Assembly: GCF_000143415.4 (NCBI RefSeq)
Contig: NW_003314334.1
Span: forward strand, 575,614 to 639,613
Origin: Selaginella moellendorffii
Lineage: Eukaryota > Plantae > Lycopodiophyta
DNA length: 64,000 bases
Direction: 5' to 3'
Part shown: one piece after another, positions 35,380 to 47,838 of the stretch
Numbering within the stretch: position 1 is the stretch's first letter
Layout of the letters: every line of letters starts with the position of its first letter
The notes under the pieces: generated by a model
The model's database searches: none
Seen by the model: only the letters and a program-made list of their open reading frames with translations
What the model was told of the DNA's origin: nothing
Made by a program: the position numbers and the translations under genes

Positions 35380-37235
35380 GTTTCCTCTAGTCTTTGTTTT
35401 GTAGCTCTCGATGAAGCAAGAAATCAACGTCACAGGAAAGGGAGAGCCAAGCCAAACCTCAGAGCTCGCTGGTCCTGCTCGAAGTGGGAAAGCTTTCAAA
35501 ACCTGGACGAACAAACAAAGGAGACATGGACGAACTGACAATGGCGATGGATTCTTTCTGCTGTTTGGAACCGCCCCTTTGACAATTTTCAAGAACACTG
35601 ACCGGATCTGAGCAAGAAACAAAAGAAAGAACATTTTTTACTCCCAAGCTGACTAAAAAGCAGGGACGAGTCCGGTGGTGGCGTGCAAAACTCAAGCTGG
35701 ATTTCGCAAGTTTGTATGGAAACTTCAAGCCTGGAGAAAAAAGGCTAAAGTTCTGTAAAAATATAGATACCATAAAGCTCCCTCCACTCCAGTCCAGTGG
35801 CCAAATGACAATTTTTCACCTTGTGCTTTAAAATAAGAAAAAGAATCACGAAGCTTAGAAATCAGAAACTATTACCAGTTGAAAACCGAGACCAGGGTTG
35901 CAAGATTCGCTATCGGTCCTTTGCGCTTACAATCCTTTTGACAATTGGTTGTCGAAAAGAAACGGTTTTTCCCCAACATCTGTCCGGTAAACAGCAATAG
36001 ACAAACCAAGTTAGAAACGAATAGCAGCACGGTTTCTAAAAGAAAAAAGCAACGGAAAAAAATGAACCAAAAACAAGAACTTGTGTGTCAGCGACAAGAA
36101 GGATGTCTGTGTGAAGAAAAGATTCGTCAGCTGCAATTATGTCACCGTGAATTGGTTAGACAATTCCAGAAGCCTTTAAGCTTACCTTCCAATGTCACTC
36201 TCCACATTTGAGTGGTGGTATAACTTTGATCTTTCAGAACTAAAAGCTGAAACCTGGTCTTCCTTTCCTCCACACCACAAGAAGAAAGAACCGAGTTGCC
36301 AGGGCCAGCAGATCTCCTCTCTCCTCTTTTCTCGCAAATGTTTCCAGCAAGATCATTTATAGTGTGCCAGTTCCAGTTTTTTCAAGGATGAGGCTGTAGT
36401 TTGCTTGTGACAAGCGGTGATCAAGTTTAGAAAACATAGAGATGAATGCCAGAAGACGAGAATTGTTAACATGTTTTGGTTTGCGTTTTGGTTTGCGATT
36501 GAAGTCTCGGAGACGTTTTTCTGGTCCGGGAGTAAGCCATCGGTATCCACCAGGACTACTTTGGGCACGCGTTTGGAGTTTTCAAAGCTGTATCGCGCTG
36601 AAACATGAGCCTTTGGAGCATGGAGCACTGAAAAGTTGTAACAGCTTTAGCAAAGCTATGAGGAAACGAGGAAAGAAAACTAAAGAAGTACTCACAAGCA
36701 ATTATCAGCCAGGCATGGCAGTGATTCTAGTGCTTAACAGCGCAAAATAAAAAAGAAGAAACAAAACACTGCAAAGTTGACTGCTTGAATTCTAAAAGCA
36801 GAGAGCATCACACTCAGGCAGGGATCAAGACAAAATCACTAAAAAGCTGACAACTTTAGAAAGGGGAAGTTAAAAAACCATCCAAGAATCATACAGAGAT
36901 TTGAGTTTCGGCAATTGATATACTCAATGCCAAAAGGAAGTGAAGAAGAAATATGCCAAACCAAGGACAACTGTAAGAAAAGGAAAAAAACAGAAAACAA
37001 AACTTCTTTGACAAAAAGTAGCAGACATTCGGCCAGAAATTCACAAAGATCTCTCACTCTGCAAAGATGCACGGCAATAGTAGAAAAAAATGGAAAATGT
37101 GTTGGGCATCAGAGCAGCACGAGAATCTTTCGTGACAAAGCTCTAGATTCACGAAGAAAATCTTGCAACTTGATCTATCTATCTAATCTATGCTGCAAAC
37201 CCAAACCTCCGCTCGAGGGCCATGCCCTTAGGTCT
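35380..37235 (-). pseudogene. Pseudogenised duplicate of the 29.2-31.3 kb membrane-protein locus
   Basis: Collinear homology, e.g. CGCTGGTCCTGCTCGAAGTGGGAAAGCTTT at ~29265 and ~35466, and CATGAGCCTTTGGAGCATGGA at ~30786 and ~36604. First exon reads ATGGCCCTCGAG...GCATAG (early stop) and the second exon is degenerate. Confidence 0.8.
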
Positions 37236-40200
37236 TCCTTCCATTCACTCACGACGAAATGATAAAATTTCGGTGGGAAATTTATCAAGAAAAACGATAA
37301 GCAACAAGTTGACGAGTCTTTTCCTTGAATGAGGTGTCAATGCGGTCACCGGTCTGAGTTCATCAATATTACACAAGCCGTGATCGTCAACGCTAGATCA
37401 TCATCCAGATCAAACTTTGTTTCTCTCTTCTCCATTTTAAATACTTGTCACTGGATCCCAGTGCATTAATCTTTGGATTGACTTCCGAATTGTAAGATCA
37501 ATGTCTGAGAGTGATCGTCAGTGTAGTAGCGTTTTTAGTGGTGGCGTCTTTGGGGACCGACTCACTGACTCCTCGCATTTAGATCGCGAAAACGACCTTG
37601 GTGATTTGGTTCATGCGTTTCGGGTCGCGTCCTACATAGCACTTCGATTTCATACTCGCTTTTCTCTCTGGCACTGGATTTATCTTCGCTCACGCTTCGT
37701 CCATCGGTGATCTACAAGGATCCAATCAATCGCCCACTTCAACGTCATGCCAGTTTATAAAGGCTATGATCTATGGATCCCTCGCCTTCACAGGGACTGA
37801 GGGTGGCATCTTACCAAACCCAAGGCGAAAAGCCGCGGGAGATTCGCGGAATCTTTTGGGCAGTAAGTGTTGATCATAGCCTTTCAAGGGCGGCATAAGG
37901 TGACAACGGTGGCGAAGAGGATAGCCCGTGTAAGTCGATAAGCTTTCGTTCGTTCGAGGAAGGTAGGTCGAAGAAAAAACGCATGAAACTCTTTAAAGGC
38001 TATATTTCTCTTTTTTTGCTATCGTTTCTCTCACTCCTTTTTTTTTTTTCCAGCTTTTTGCCCATTTTCCTCGAATGTCGCTTGCACCGACAATCTAGTC
38101 CGTGGGGTAAAGTTGGCGGAGCTCCTCCAGGTTTGGATGTATCCAAATCAATACCGCTCCTCAAGTACGCGGGCGGATCAGTCAGGAGCACAGCAACACC
38201 ATACGGTACAAACGTACGGTCGATCACTCAACGTCACGGTACCTCGGTGCGTGCATTTCGGGGGCGTGAATCGTGATTGATAAGCCCGGGGAATTATTAG
38301 GGTTGAGTGGGACGCCCGGATTGCCAGTGGAGGCCATGCGTTGGCCGGGTCACGGTTTCAACCACGAGAATTAAAAGCTGATGAAACCAAGAAATTGGAC
38401 GAGCGAGCGACGACCATGCATGCAGTTTATAAGGGGGTTGGGATTAAATGTGGCACATTGATTCACACCACTCACAGGAGGTTGCTTAAATGGCAAGGTA
38501 CCTAAGTTGGTAACTGGAGGATGTCCCATGGATTCCTAGGGTTTTGTGAAGTGAATAGGGATGCAGACGTCTATCCCTAGAGTTTGAAGTAAATGCCTTT
38601 CAGTGTCCAATAACGTTGAAAAGGAAATGTTTTATTCATGGGAACCATAAAGAAGTCATTAGTTACCCTTGCATTGTTCTACGCGTGGAATATTCTCCGG
38701 CTTGTTTTGTTACGCTTGGGAGTTTTTGCGCTAAGAAACAAAGAGATAACTTCTCTGCATGCTTTGACGACGAAGATTCCAGAGGGGGGAAAAGTGGGTT
38801 GAAGAAGTATAGGTTGGAAGCATGCGCATGAAAGTTAGTAATCGAGAAAAGCATATTTCATGTGAAAATTGCTGTCCAGGAAAGGAGGGATCTTGTGTGT
38901 TTTGTCCATGGATCCTTTGGAAGCTCCAAAAGGCCCCACTGTCCACTACATCATCTCCCTAAACTTATATAGGCAGTCACCCAAGCGACTGCTCTCCAAA
39001 AAAAGAAGAAAAGTGAAAGACATCCATCCATAGAAAGCAACGTTGCATGATTCCGCAACTCGCATCACGATTGCAGCACTCGCCGGATAATGAAAGTGGA
39101 TTATGTCTGCTTTGAGTTGTTTAGTACTAAACCGCGCTTCCGGGAACGTTCTAAATGTGGATGGAGATCGTCCTCTTTGGGTCGATTCCAAGAAGTGGAT
39201 AGACACTAGAAAACATTCTCTATAGCTGGGACGTGTCCAGCCCTAATTTCGCGCGTGAATTTTTGACACCCATCGCGCCCATTACGTGAACAAATGTGCC
39301 ACCATTTGTCTAATGTACGAGGGGCGAAGGCCTGCCCCTCATGTTTGACCACCAACCTCCGTCCCGAGATTCTTTAGGGTTATAAAACTTTCTCGAAATT
39401 TTAAGATGCCACCACCCTTCGCTTGATCGAAGCACGTGTTGGTTTTGTCCTCATGTCATTTGTACCCTTTGGACATGCTCGATCGCTTCCATCGTCGGTT
39501 TGTTTTTCACACAGTACCCACATGAAAACCAAAAAGGTGACGCAGAAAAAATACATATGGCCAGTGGTCTTGTTTTGCAGAATTACTGGATCATGTGGAC
39601 GAGCGGCAGAAGTGGACTCATACTGGCATCAACCAAATCAATCTTAAGGAAACTAAGAGATCATAAACCGAATTGAAAATGGATAATCCCCTGCCACCTT
39701 CCAGATCTTTGATTATCCTTGGCAGCCAGGGCGAAAAGCGGCATTGTTTCCTCCAGATTTTCAGGCCAGAAGAGGTTGGGGGCATGTTGTGTGAATCAGA
39801 ATGGATGCCAAGCAAAACAAATGTCTGGGCCCTCAGAGCCAAAGAGGGAAAGCAAAAAAAATCTCCCAGGGCCCTGGATTTGACCTAATGCTATCGAATA
39901 TTCTATTCCCATGACCGAATATTCTAATCTCGTTAGTTAATCCGCGGGGTAGCCGTTTATCGGCCGCCACGTGGCTGTCCTGTCCACACCACGTTGACGG
40001 CCGGCGGGCCCAATGGGGCTCCCAAGAAGCGGCAGCGTGCCAGGTGTCAGCTTTGACAAACCAGTACTACCGGTATAACGACAATAAACAAATAGCGCCT
40101 GTACTAAAAGACTGTACATTATACTTGCATTTCTGGGGCGTGGCCATGTATTTACTCGTGTTGTGACATGCTAATAAAAGGAGATGGTGTTAGCGTTACT

Positions 40201-40891
40201 CTAGGTAGGGCTAATATTCCGTAGAGGTGAGTAAATACGCGAGGGGAGGGAGGGCCCAGGGGTAAAATACATTTATTTTGAATCAAAGCGGCTCCCTGGA
40301 ACGTCTATATATACTTGCAAAGGGGAACACGAGGGGTGTTAAGGACACTTTTTGCCCCAACCCTAAGGCCGTTCACACTGCCTGCGTTAAAGTGTGTCCT
40401 TGGCTCAACGCCACATTTTTTTTCTTCTGGTTGGTGTTCCAACGATCGAACTGCGGTGCTTGCTTTGCTCGCATCGTGTTTTTTCCTTTTTTTTCCTTGC
40501 TTAGAGCCAAGGCGCTAGGGTTCTTGCGGCGCGCCCGGGGGCTGGGCTGGATCGAGCAGCGGTGGGGGCGGAATCGCGGGCGGGGGAAGCCATGGTGGTG
40601 ATCTGCGGCGGTGTGTGGGCGCCATTGCGCAGGGCGACGGAGAGCGCGCGCGAAGAATCGCCCGCATCGGCGCGGGCGTGAAGAAATCAGATTGGGGCGT
40701 GGCGCCGGATCTCTCACTCGTTGCCGCGCATCTGGATCGGCGATTATCGCACTATTATATTGCTAGTGCCAGGTTGTGCTTGGCGAAAGGAGGATGCGCC
40801 TGGGCATTGGCATTGGGATTTTCTAATCCTCCTCCAGCGGCTTATAGGTCATGGCGGCTGAATCGCTTCCTCGGCTCCTAGACTAGCAACG

Positions 40892-43716
40892 ATGAAGGGT
40901 AAAATCCATCTCTCTCTCTCTCTCTCTTCCTCATCTCTATGTTCTCACTCTCATCCTTGTTTTTGTGGTTTTCCAGTCGCAAACTCTCACCAACACGTCA
41001 GCTCCTACGAGGATGGCTTGTATCGATCGCACTCCATCACCGATGTCCTCAACTTTTTCAAGTGGCGATCGCGGACGAGGGCGGTGGCTCCCGAGAAGCT
41101 GTCATCGGGGAGCCTAGTTGCGGATGATGAGGGATCGCCGGATGGAGAGCCCAAGAAGGCAGCAGACGAGCATCCATCAATGTCAGAGAGCGATGGAGGG
41201 GAGTTTGATCATCCGAGCCTCCGATTCGCCACCACGAATGGCGAGCGAACACTTTCCAATGGCGACTTTTATGCTGGCTCCTGGCAAGGGAATCTCCCCG
41301 AAGGGACAGGCAAGTACTTATGGTCGGATGGCTGCATGTACGAGGGGGAGTGGGGGAATGGGATCAAGACTGGGCGGGGAAGGATCTCCTGGCCATCGGG
41401 TGCTACTTACGAAGGCGAGCTCCTGTGTGGAAATCTCCATGGCCGTGGGGTTTACACCGGAGTGGACGACACCACTTACAAAGGCTCCTGGAGGATGAAC
41501 TTGAAGCACGGCGAAGGTGTCAAGAGCTATGCCAACGGAGATGTCTACGAGGGGTTCTGGAAGGCTGGCTTGCAGCACGGCGATGGGAGATACATTTGGC
41601 AGAATGGAAACCAGTATGTGGGGGAGTGGAGGAAGGGAGTGATGAACGGGAAAGGAGTTTTGAGATGGAGCAACGGTGACACGTACAACGGGCAGTGGCT
41701 GGATGGGCTCGAGCACGGCCATGGTGTTTACACTTGGACAGACGGTGCGTGCTATATGGGAACTTGGAGGAAAGGTGTCAAGGACGGGACGGGGATCTTC
41801 TACCCGACTGGATACTTTCCGCCGAGATCACGGCGGTCTTTTGAGGCGCCAGCTGCGAGCGAGCTTTCGGGCTCGGACTGTCCGGCGTCTCCGATGGAGA
41901 GGCGATGGAGTCTCGAGGGTGGTTTGGATTTGACACACTCGAAAGAGTCGTCGCAAAAGAAGTCAGCTATCGACACGCCTGTGCTTGAAAGGGAGTACGT
42001 GCAAGGGGTGCTGATCAATGAGATAGTCAAGCAAGGAGATGCCGCGTCACTTAAAGTTTCCAAGCGTCGGCAACGTCGGCCGGCCAAGCGGCCTGGGGAG
42101 ACTGTTATAAAGGGTCACGGGAGTTACGATTTGATGCTAAACTTGCAACTAGGAATAAGGTGAGTTTTTCCTTTTTGGCTTTCTTTTATATCGTTTTCAT
42201 AGTAACGTTGTTGAATTGAAACAGGACTAATGTAGGTAAAATGACGCTTGACACTGCTCCAGACGTCTGCCCGCAGGATTTTGGGCCACGATCGGTTTTT
42301 GTATTGAAGTTCCCGAGGCTAGGCTCGCATCTAACACCTCCGCATCAGTCACTCGACTTTAAATGGAGAGACTACTGCCCCAACGTTTTCAGGTGTGACG
42401 ATAAACACGAGCGTTTCCGTCTGATCATTTTCGTATGCCTGGCAGGTCTCTACGTAAAATGTTTAGAATTGACTCCGCTGACTACATGATGTCACTGTGC
42501 GGCAATGATGCACTGAGAGAGATTTCTTCCCCAGGAAAGAGCGGAAGTGTCTTTTACCTCTCACAGGATGACAAGTTTATGATCAAAACCATGCGGAAGG
42601 CTGAAGTAAAGGTTTGTTTCTTTTGTATTTTTCTATTCCGAGTGCGGGTCTAAGATGGTATGTTTTTGCAGGTTCTCTTGGAAATGCTTCCGAGTTATTA
42701 TGAGCACGTTCAATCGTCCTCTAACACTCTAATCACGAAATTTTTTGGTCTTCATCAGGTTGAACCTCAAGGTGGAAGGAAGGCAAGTTTTTCTAAATCT
42801 ATATGTGCTTTTACGCGAGTCTCATCTTGTGTATCATCTTGCAGGTTCGTTTTGTAGTGATGGGCAACGTGTTCTGCACTGACCTTCACATCCATCGGAG
42901 ATTCGACTTGAAAGGCTCTTCTCAAGGCCGATCCACTGACAAAGTTGAGATCGACGAGAATACAACTCTAAAGGACTTGGACTTGAACTTTGTGTTCCAT
43001 CTCGAGGCATCCTGGCGGCAGTGTCTACTCAAGTAAGAGCACATTAACAGCAACGTTTGATAATCAGACTTTGTTGCTTGCAGGCAAATAGAGCAGGACT
43101 GCAAGTTCTTGGAATCACAAAGGATAATGGATTACAGCTTGCTGCTGGGAGTCCATTTTCGCGCTCCTCAGTGCCCTGCCGTCTTCTCTCCAGTTCCTTC
43201 ACTACCTCCAGACGCGGCTGCCGAATGTACAGGTAAGTTTTTGAGATTGATTTGTCCACGAGGACAACCTTATTAAACATTATTCTTATAGACGGCCTGG
43301 ACTCAAGCAAGCGAAGTGGAACTCTAGCAACAACGGAAGATCTATGCTCGCTCCCAAAGACTACAAGGTATAGACATATAGACATCCTCTATCCTGGAAT
43401 TTCGAGCTTACGAGTGTTGTGTTTTCTTTCTCGCAGGCTTCAAATACGACTTGGTGTGAATATGCCCGCCAGAGCCGATCGTTCTCACTGTGATGATGGA
43501 ACTAGCAGTGATGTCTACGACGTGGTTTTGTACTTGGGGATCATTGACATCCTCCAGCAGTATGATATCACCAAGAGAGTGGAGCACGCGTACAAATCAC
43601 TCCAGTTTGATTCTCAGTCCATCTCTGCGGTGGATCCGAGGCTCTACTCGAATCGATTCCAGGAGCTTGTGCGGAGAATTTTCCCCAGCAACGATACCAG
43701 TGTCGTCCCCAAGTGA
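40892..43716 (+). CDS. PIP5K: Phosphatidylinositol-4-phosphate 5-kinase with MORN repeats (type B), multi-exon
   Basis: MORN repeats (YxGxW..G..HGxG), [62 protein letters not shown] and [13 protein letters not shown] donor at 42784. Confidence 0.96.
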
Positions 43717-44318
43717 AAAGAGAACCAAATTGGCTGGCGGGGGGGGGAGGAAGAAGAAGCCGTCGTGTACAGTAAGTAGATTAGTGTTTAGCTAACCAGC
43801 TGGTTTTGGCTGCCATTTTGTTCTTCCAAGTGACATTAGGAGACTAGTCGAGCTATGTACAATTGGGATGAGAGAAAGAAACCAAGTTTTGGAGATGGAA
43901 TGTCTTTAATGCTTTTACTAAGTCGTATTAGCTGACTTGATGATCTTTGTCGAAGACTTTGACTAAGACTTTGACAACTCGGCTCGTGCCCGCTGAAGGA
44001 AAAGATTATTTAGTGCGGAGTTCTTTGTAAGTTTTGAACTGCCGATCTTCAGCCAAAGTGTATCACTTTTCCCATCGATTTGATAGTGATTCGATTCCTG
44101 GGAAAATCAAGTGATTCGTGGTCCGCAAACCTTGATTTGAAGGTTGGATGATTGCACTGACTTGGAGCAAACAGGAGCTTGGCCACCATTGAGCGGACAG
44201 AAAGCTAAGAGTTTTGTTGACACAAGCAACATGAAATTGTCTTTCTGGATTTGATCTCTGGATCCATAGCGAGCACGCAGCTGGGCACTTTCAAACTCGT
44301 CAGCATCTCTCGAGCCAG

Positions 44319-44430
44319 ATCCTTCCTAAAAGGCGCCAAGAGCAAAGACTTTTAAAGTAATATCATCAAATCCTTCCTAAAAGGTGCCGGAACAGCCTAA
44401 GAGCAAAGACTTTTAAAGTAATATCATCAA
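44319..44430 (+). repeat. Tandem ~55-bp duplication
   Basis: ATCCTTCCTAAAAGG...AAGAGCAAAGACTTTTAAAGTAATATCATCAA occurs twice in tandem. Confidence 0.9.
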
Positions 44431-44754
44431 CTATAAGCCCACCCGAAGGAACGAGATCTTTTGCTGAGGTATTTCCTTCCAGAACTTCTGATTTCCCGGA
44501 ACTTGTGCAGATTCGTTCCACACACAAGTGGACCCAACCGCGAGAAAATTTACTTCGAGAGGCAATCCAGTGCCGTCACAAACAAGGACTGAAGAGGTAG
44601 CTAGTGAAGAGGATGTTGTAGACACTACAATTTTGCGAGAAAATGTGCAAGAGATGTCAAGAAGAAGAAGATATCGTAATGCCGCCATCCGTGGCCAGGA
44701 TACGCTGCAGATATTGGTCAGGGCAGCAGTCGTAACTCGGTTGAAGACGAAGGT

Positions 44755-45974
44755 TCAACCTGTAGGCATCACATTGAAAAATGAGTAGACAAGATTGGGA
44801 ATACATAGCTGCCTTACCAGAGCTGTCACCGCCGCTGTCCCCGTTCGAATCCGAGCTGCCACAATTTTCCTCACCCAGCTCATGGCCGAGCCACATGACA
44901 AAGACGAACTCCTTGAGCCCTTCATTCTTGATGTGCATCTTGCAGAAGTTGCCGTCTCGATTGCCCATCTTCACCATTCGACCCTCCCATGCAACCATCT
45001 CGGAGTCGTTCGCGCCAATCTGTATGAGCATTGGCTGGAACCATTCGTTGTTCATGACGCCACAAGGCATGACAAGCTTGGGCAGTCGTCGGACGCGCCT
45101 CGCTCGCGCAACACGGTCGATAAGCTGGGCTTTCCCTTCCTGAAAAGATCACGGTTTACAAGCTGTTACAGCAATTGCTTTTCACCTTGAATTTCTTGGG
45201 CGCCTTGTACTCCACGAATGCCCGTCCATCGTCGTAGACGTTGCTGTCCTCATGTCGACAGTACGCAAGATCAACCCTGTGAAGGCCCGCTGTTGTCTTG
45301 TTCACCCAGATGTGCTTTTGAGGGGCAGAATATAAACCATCCAGCAGTGGAAGTATTTTCTCCATGAGCTGCTTCCCATAGTCGTGGGAAGTGAATGGAT
45401 ATACTTCTTTGAAGCATATCTCCGCACGAAATCCATTGCACCTGTCCTTGATGGCCTTCTTGTTTTCCCCCCAAAAGCGGTTGAATCCATTTTTCGCGAT
45501 CTGAATGTTGAGCGTTTCTTTAAAGCTCTTGAGCTCAGACCACAGATTCCGACACTCGTGCAAGTGACCCGCCCAACTCTTCATCAACTCTGACGTCGAC
45601 AAGAGCCTAGTTCCCACAAAGTTGGTTGAGTCCTCTGCCAGTTCCTCTGCCTCCGCCCGGGGAACGATCACAACCCTGAAAAAATGATGCGGCACAGACA
45701 TGTCAAGTGGAATTGCCGCAGTTTCATGCCACACTCTCGTCCAGTTGCGGCTTCCGTCGCCTGAGGAAAACACCAGCTGCCAGCCAGCGGGGATGACATC
45801 ATCTTCATCACTGGACAGTCTCGCCTTGATGGAATCCGCCACCTGACCAAGACTGACCTGAGAGTACACATGAAAGCTGTCATTGTCGATGTGAGCAGCC
45901 ACCAGAGACGGGTCCGGATCGTAGCGCTGCTGCGGGTCCCCGACCGCCCAGAAGTAGTGAATGCAAGTGTCCAT
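44755..45974 (-). CDS. Header domain + PD-(D/E)xK restriction-endonuclease-fold protein (Crinkler/CR-like), ~371 aa
   Basis: Exons 45974-45186, 45139-44818 and 44759-44755 are phase-consistent GT-AG. Motif HRVDLAY...RAFVEYKAPKKFK|EGKAQLI fits D...ExK...QL. The last exon is uncertain; unspliced, the stop would be at 44657. Confidence 0.7.
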
Positions 45975-45986
45975 TTAGGGTTCTGC

Positions 45987-47838
45987 ATGGCAAACGTGGT
46001 ATATTGTAAAATTGGCATGGTGCCTTTGCTGCCAAGCCCCGAGGCGGTGCTATCGCAGGAGGAAGTGGGCGAGCTTGTCATCCAGCCAGGCGTCCGCTTG
46101 GCGGATGTGGTGGAGCAGATCAGAGAAAGGGCACAGATACCCCCAGGTAGCTCATTTTCGTTTTTCGAAAGTGGGGATGGTTTCTGGCGGAGGGTTTTTG
46201 CTCCAGAGCGGGAGATTTGCATTGCTCCAGATGTGAAATACTACTTCTGTGTTCGTTTGAGACCCGACAAGAGGAGCCGCAACGAGCAAATAGAAGGAAA
46301 GCGGTGTTGCTTTGGAGCTCTTCATGAGAATGTGTCGAGGGTGATGGCCGCGCTCGGGCTGTTCCAGATACGTGCCGGCGCCTTTGAGGAGTTTGAAAGG
46401 AAGGATAGCACGCAGGATCTGGCTCATCAGATGCTGAAGGGTTTGGGGCTGCTGAGCTGCGACGATTTTGCTGCTCGCTTCAATCTGAGTTTGTTCCTGG
46501 ACGAGAAGTCTTTCCGGTAAGCTTAAGTTTTATCTCAGCACAAACTTCTCTCACGATCGTTTGCAATATGTATCCAGGGAGAAAATCCAGGAAGACAATG
46601 TTCTTCATGTTGCTCTTGTCTTTGTCGACAAAATACAGCGTTCTTTCCGTTCAATGGTGGCCAAGCCTCCGGATCTCGTTTGCTCCAAGTCGATGCAATC
46701 ATCCAACCGTCAAAAGAAGGTTTGTGGACCTTAACGCGTTGTCTAGTATCACTTGACTTCTTGATCTTTTCAGGAACTGGCATTCTTGTATTGGCTAAGC
46801 TGTCTAGTGGCGCTATACAACAGCGTTTGTTTCCCCAGCGTTCCAACGACGCTCGAGCTGATTGCTGGAAACAAAATGTCAGACACTCCGGACCTCAACG
46901 TACGAGTTGTCAGAAAACTTCGTACAGAATCACTATCAAACGCTGTCTTCAAGGTTGTGATCGATGGGAAAAGTGATCCACTTTGGCTGAAGATCGGTCA
47001 TTCTCGGAAGGCTCTCAAGACCGTTCACAACTTATGCCTTCCACCTATGCTGTGGAACCAAGTGAGTGCTGTAGAATGTTCATGCCTTATTACTGTGGTT
47101 TCTATTTTTGTATTTTTTTCTCGTTCCAGGTGAAAAACGAGGGCAGGATCTTGAAAAGATTGAAGTCGAGTGGCTGTTCATTGATACCAAACTTGGTATT
47201 CTATGGTCACTGGCATGGCAGGCCTGCTGTTGTCACACGGAACGAAGGAATTCCTTTCCTTGAGCAGTTTCCGTGCGACGCTGATGTTGGAACTGTGGAG
47301 AAGCTTTGCAAAGATCTAACAGAGGCGGTCCTGGTTTTACACGTAAGATGTAAAACTTCTGATCTCGTATATTTTTTCTCAACACTTTTTCCAGGACCAC
47401 AAGGTCTTACACTGCGACATCAATCCAAGAAACGTGGGAGTGTACAACGTAAAGACGGATCGATGGTTTTACCTTTACGACTTTGGGTGTGCGCTGGATC
47501 TGCGACGAGACGAGGATGCGTCCGAGGTGGTGGGGAACTTGCTCTTCAGCTCCTGCCGCAACCTGAACAGGCTGCAGCCGAATCTGGTGACCGAGCTCGT
47601 CTCAGTTGTCTACACCTGCTTGTATGTTGCGGGTTTGAAGCTGCCGTGGGAAGAAGCAGCAGCCAAGGGAGACTTGGACGAGTGCTGTCTCTTACGTGAT
47701 ACCTTTTTCCGGGAAGTTGACCTGTCTATGTTTTCTCAAAATATAGCAGGCTGGCTTCGCTTTGTTTTGCAGCAGCGAACTGATGCTCGTCCAAGGGATA
47801 TTGCTGCGAAGTATAGAGAGTATCTATGTGGTGAATAA
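45987..47838 (+). CDS. Header domain + degenerate nuclease-like segment + atypical protein kinase (CR-kinase/FunK1-like), 538 aa
   Basis: Exons 45987-46516, 46578-46719, 46774-47061, 47130-47342 and 47395-47838 splice in frame. Kinase motifs LWLK, VKNEGRIL, HCDINPRN, YDFG, GNLLFSS and LKLPW. Confidence 0.8.

Noticed and set aside
37810-37825. CCAAACCCAA as a telomerase RNA template
   Set aside because: It does not template TTTAGGG, and the USE-TATA spacing upstream does not fit a plant Pol III snRNA-type promoter.
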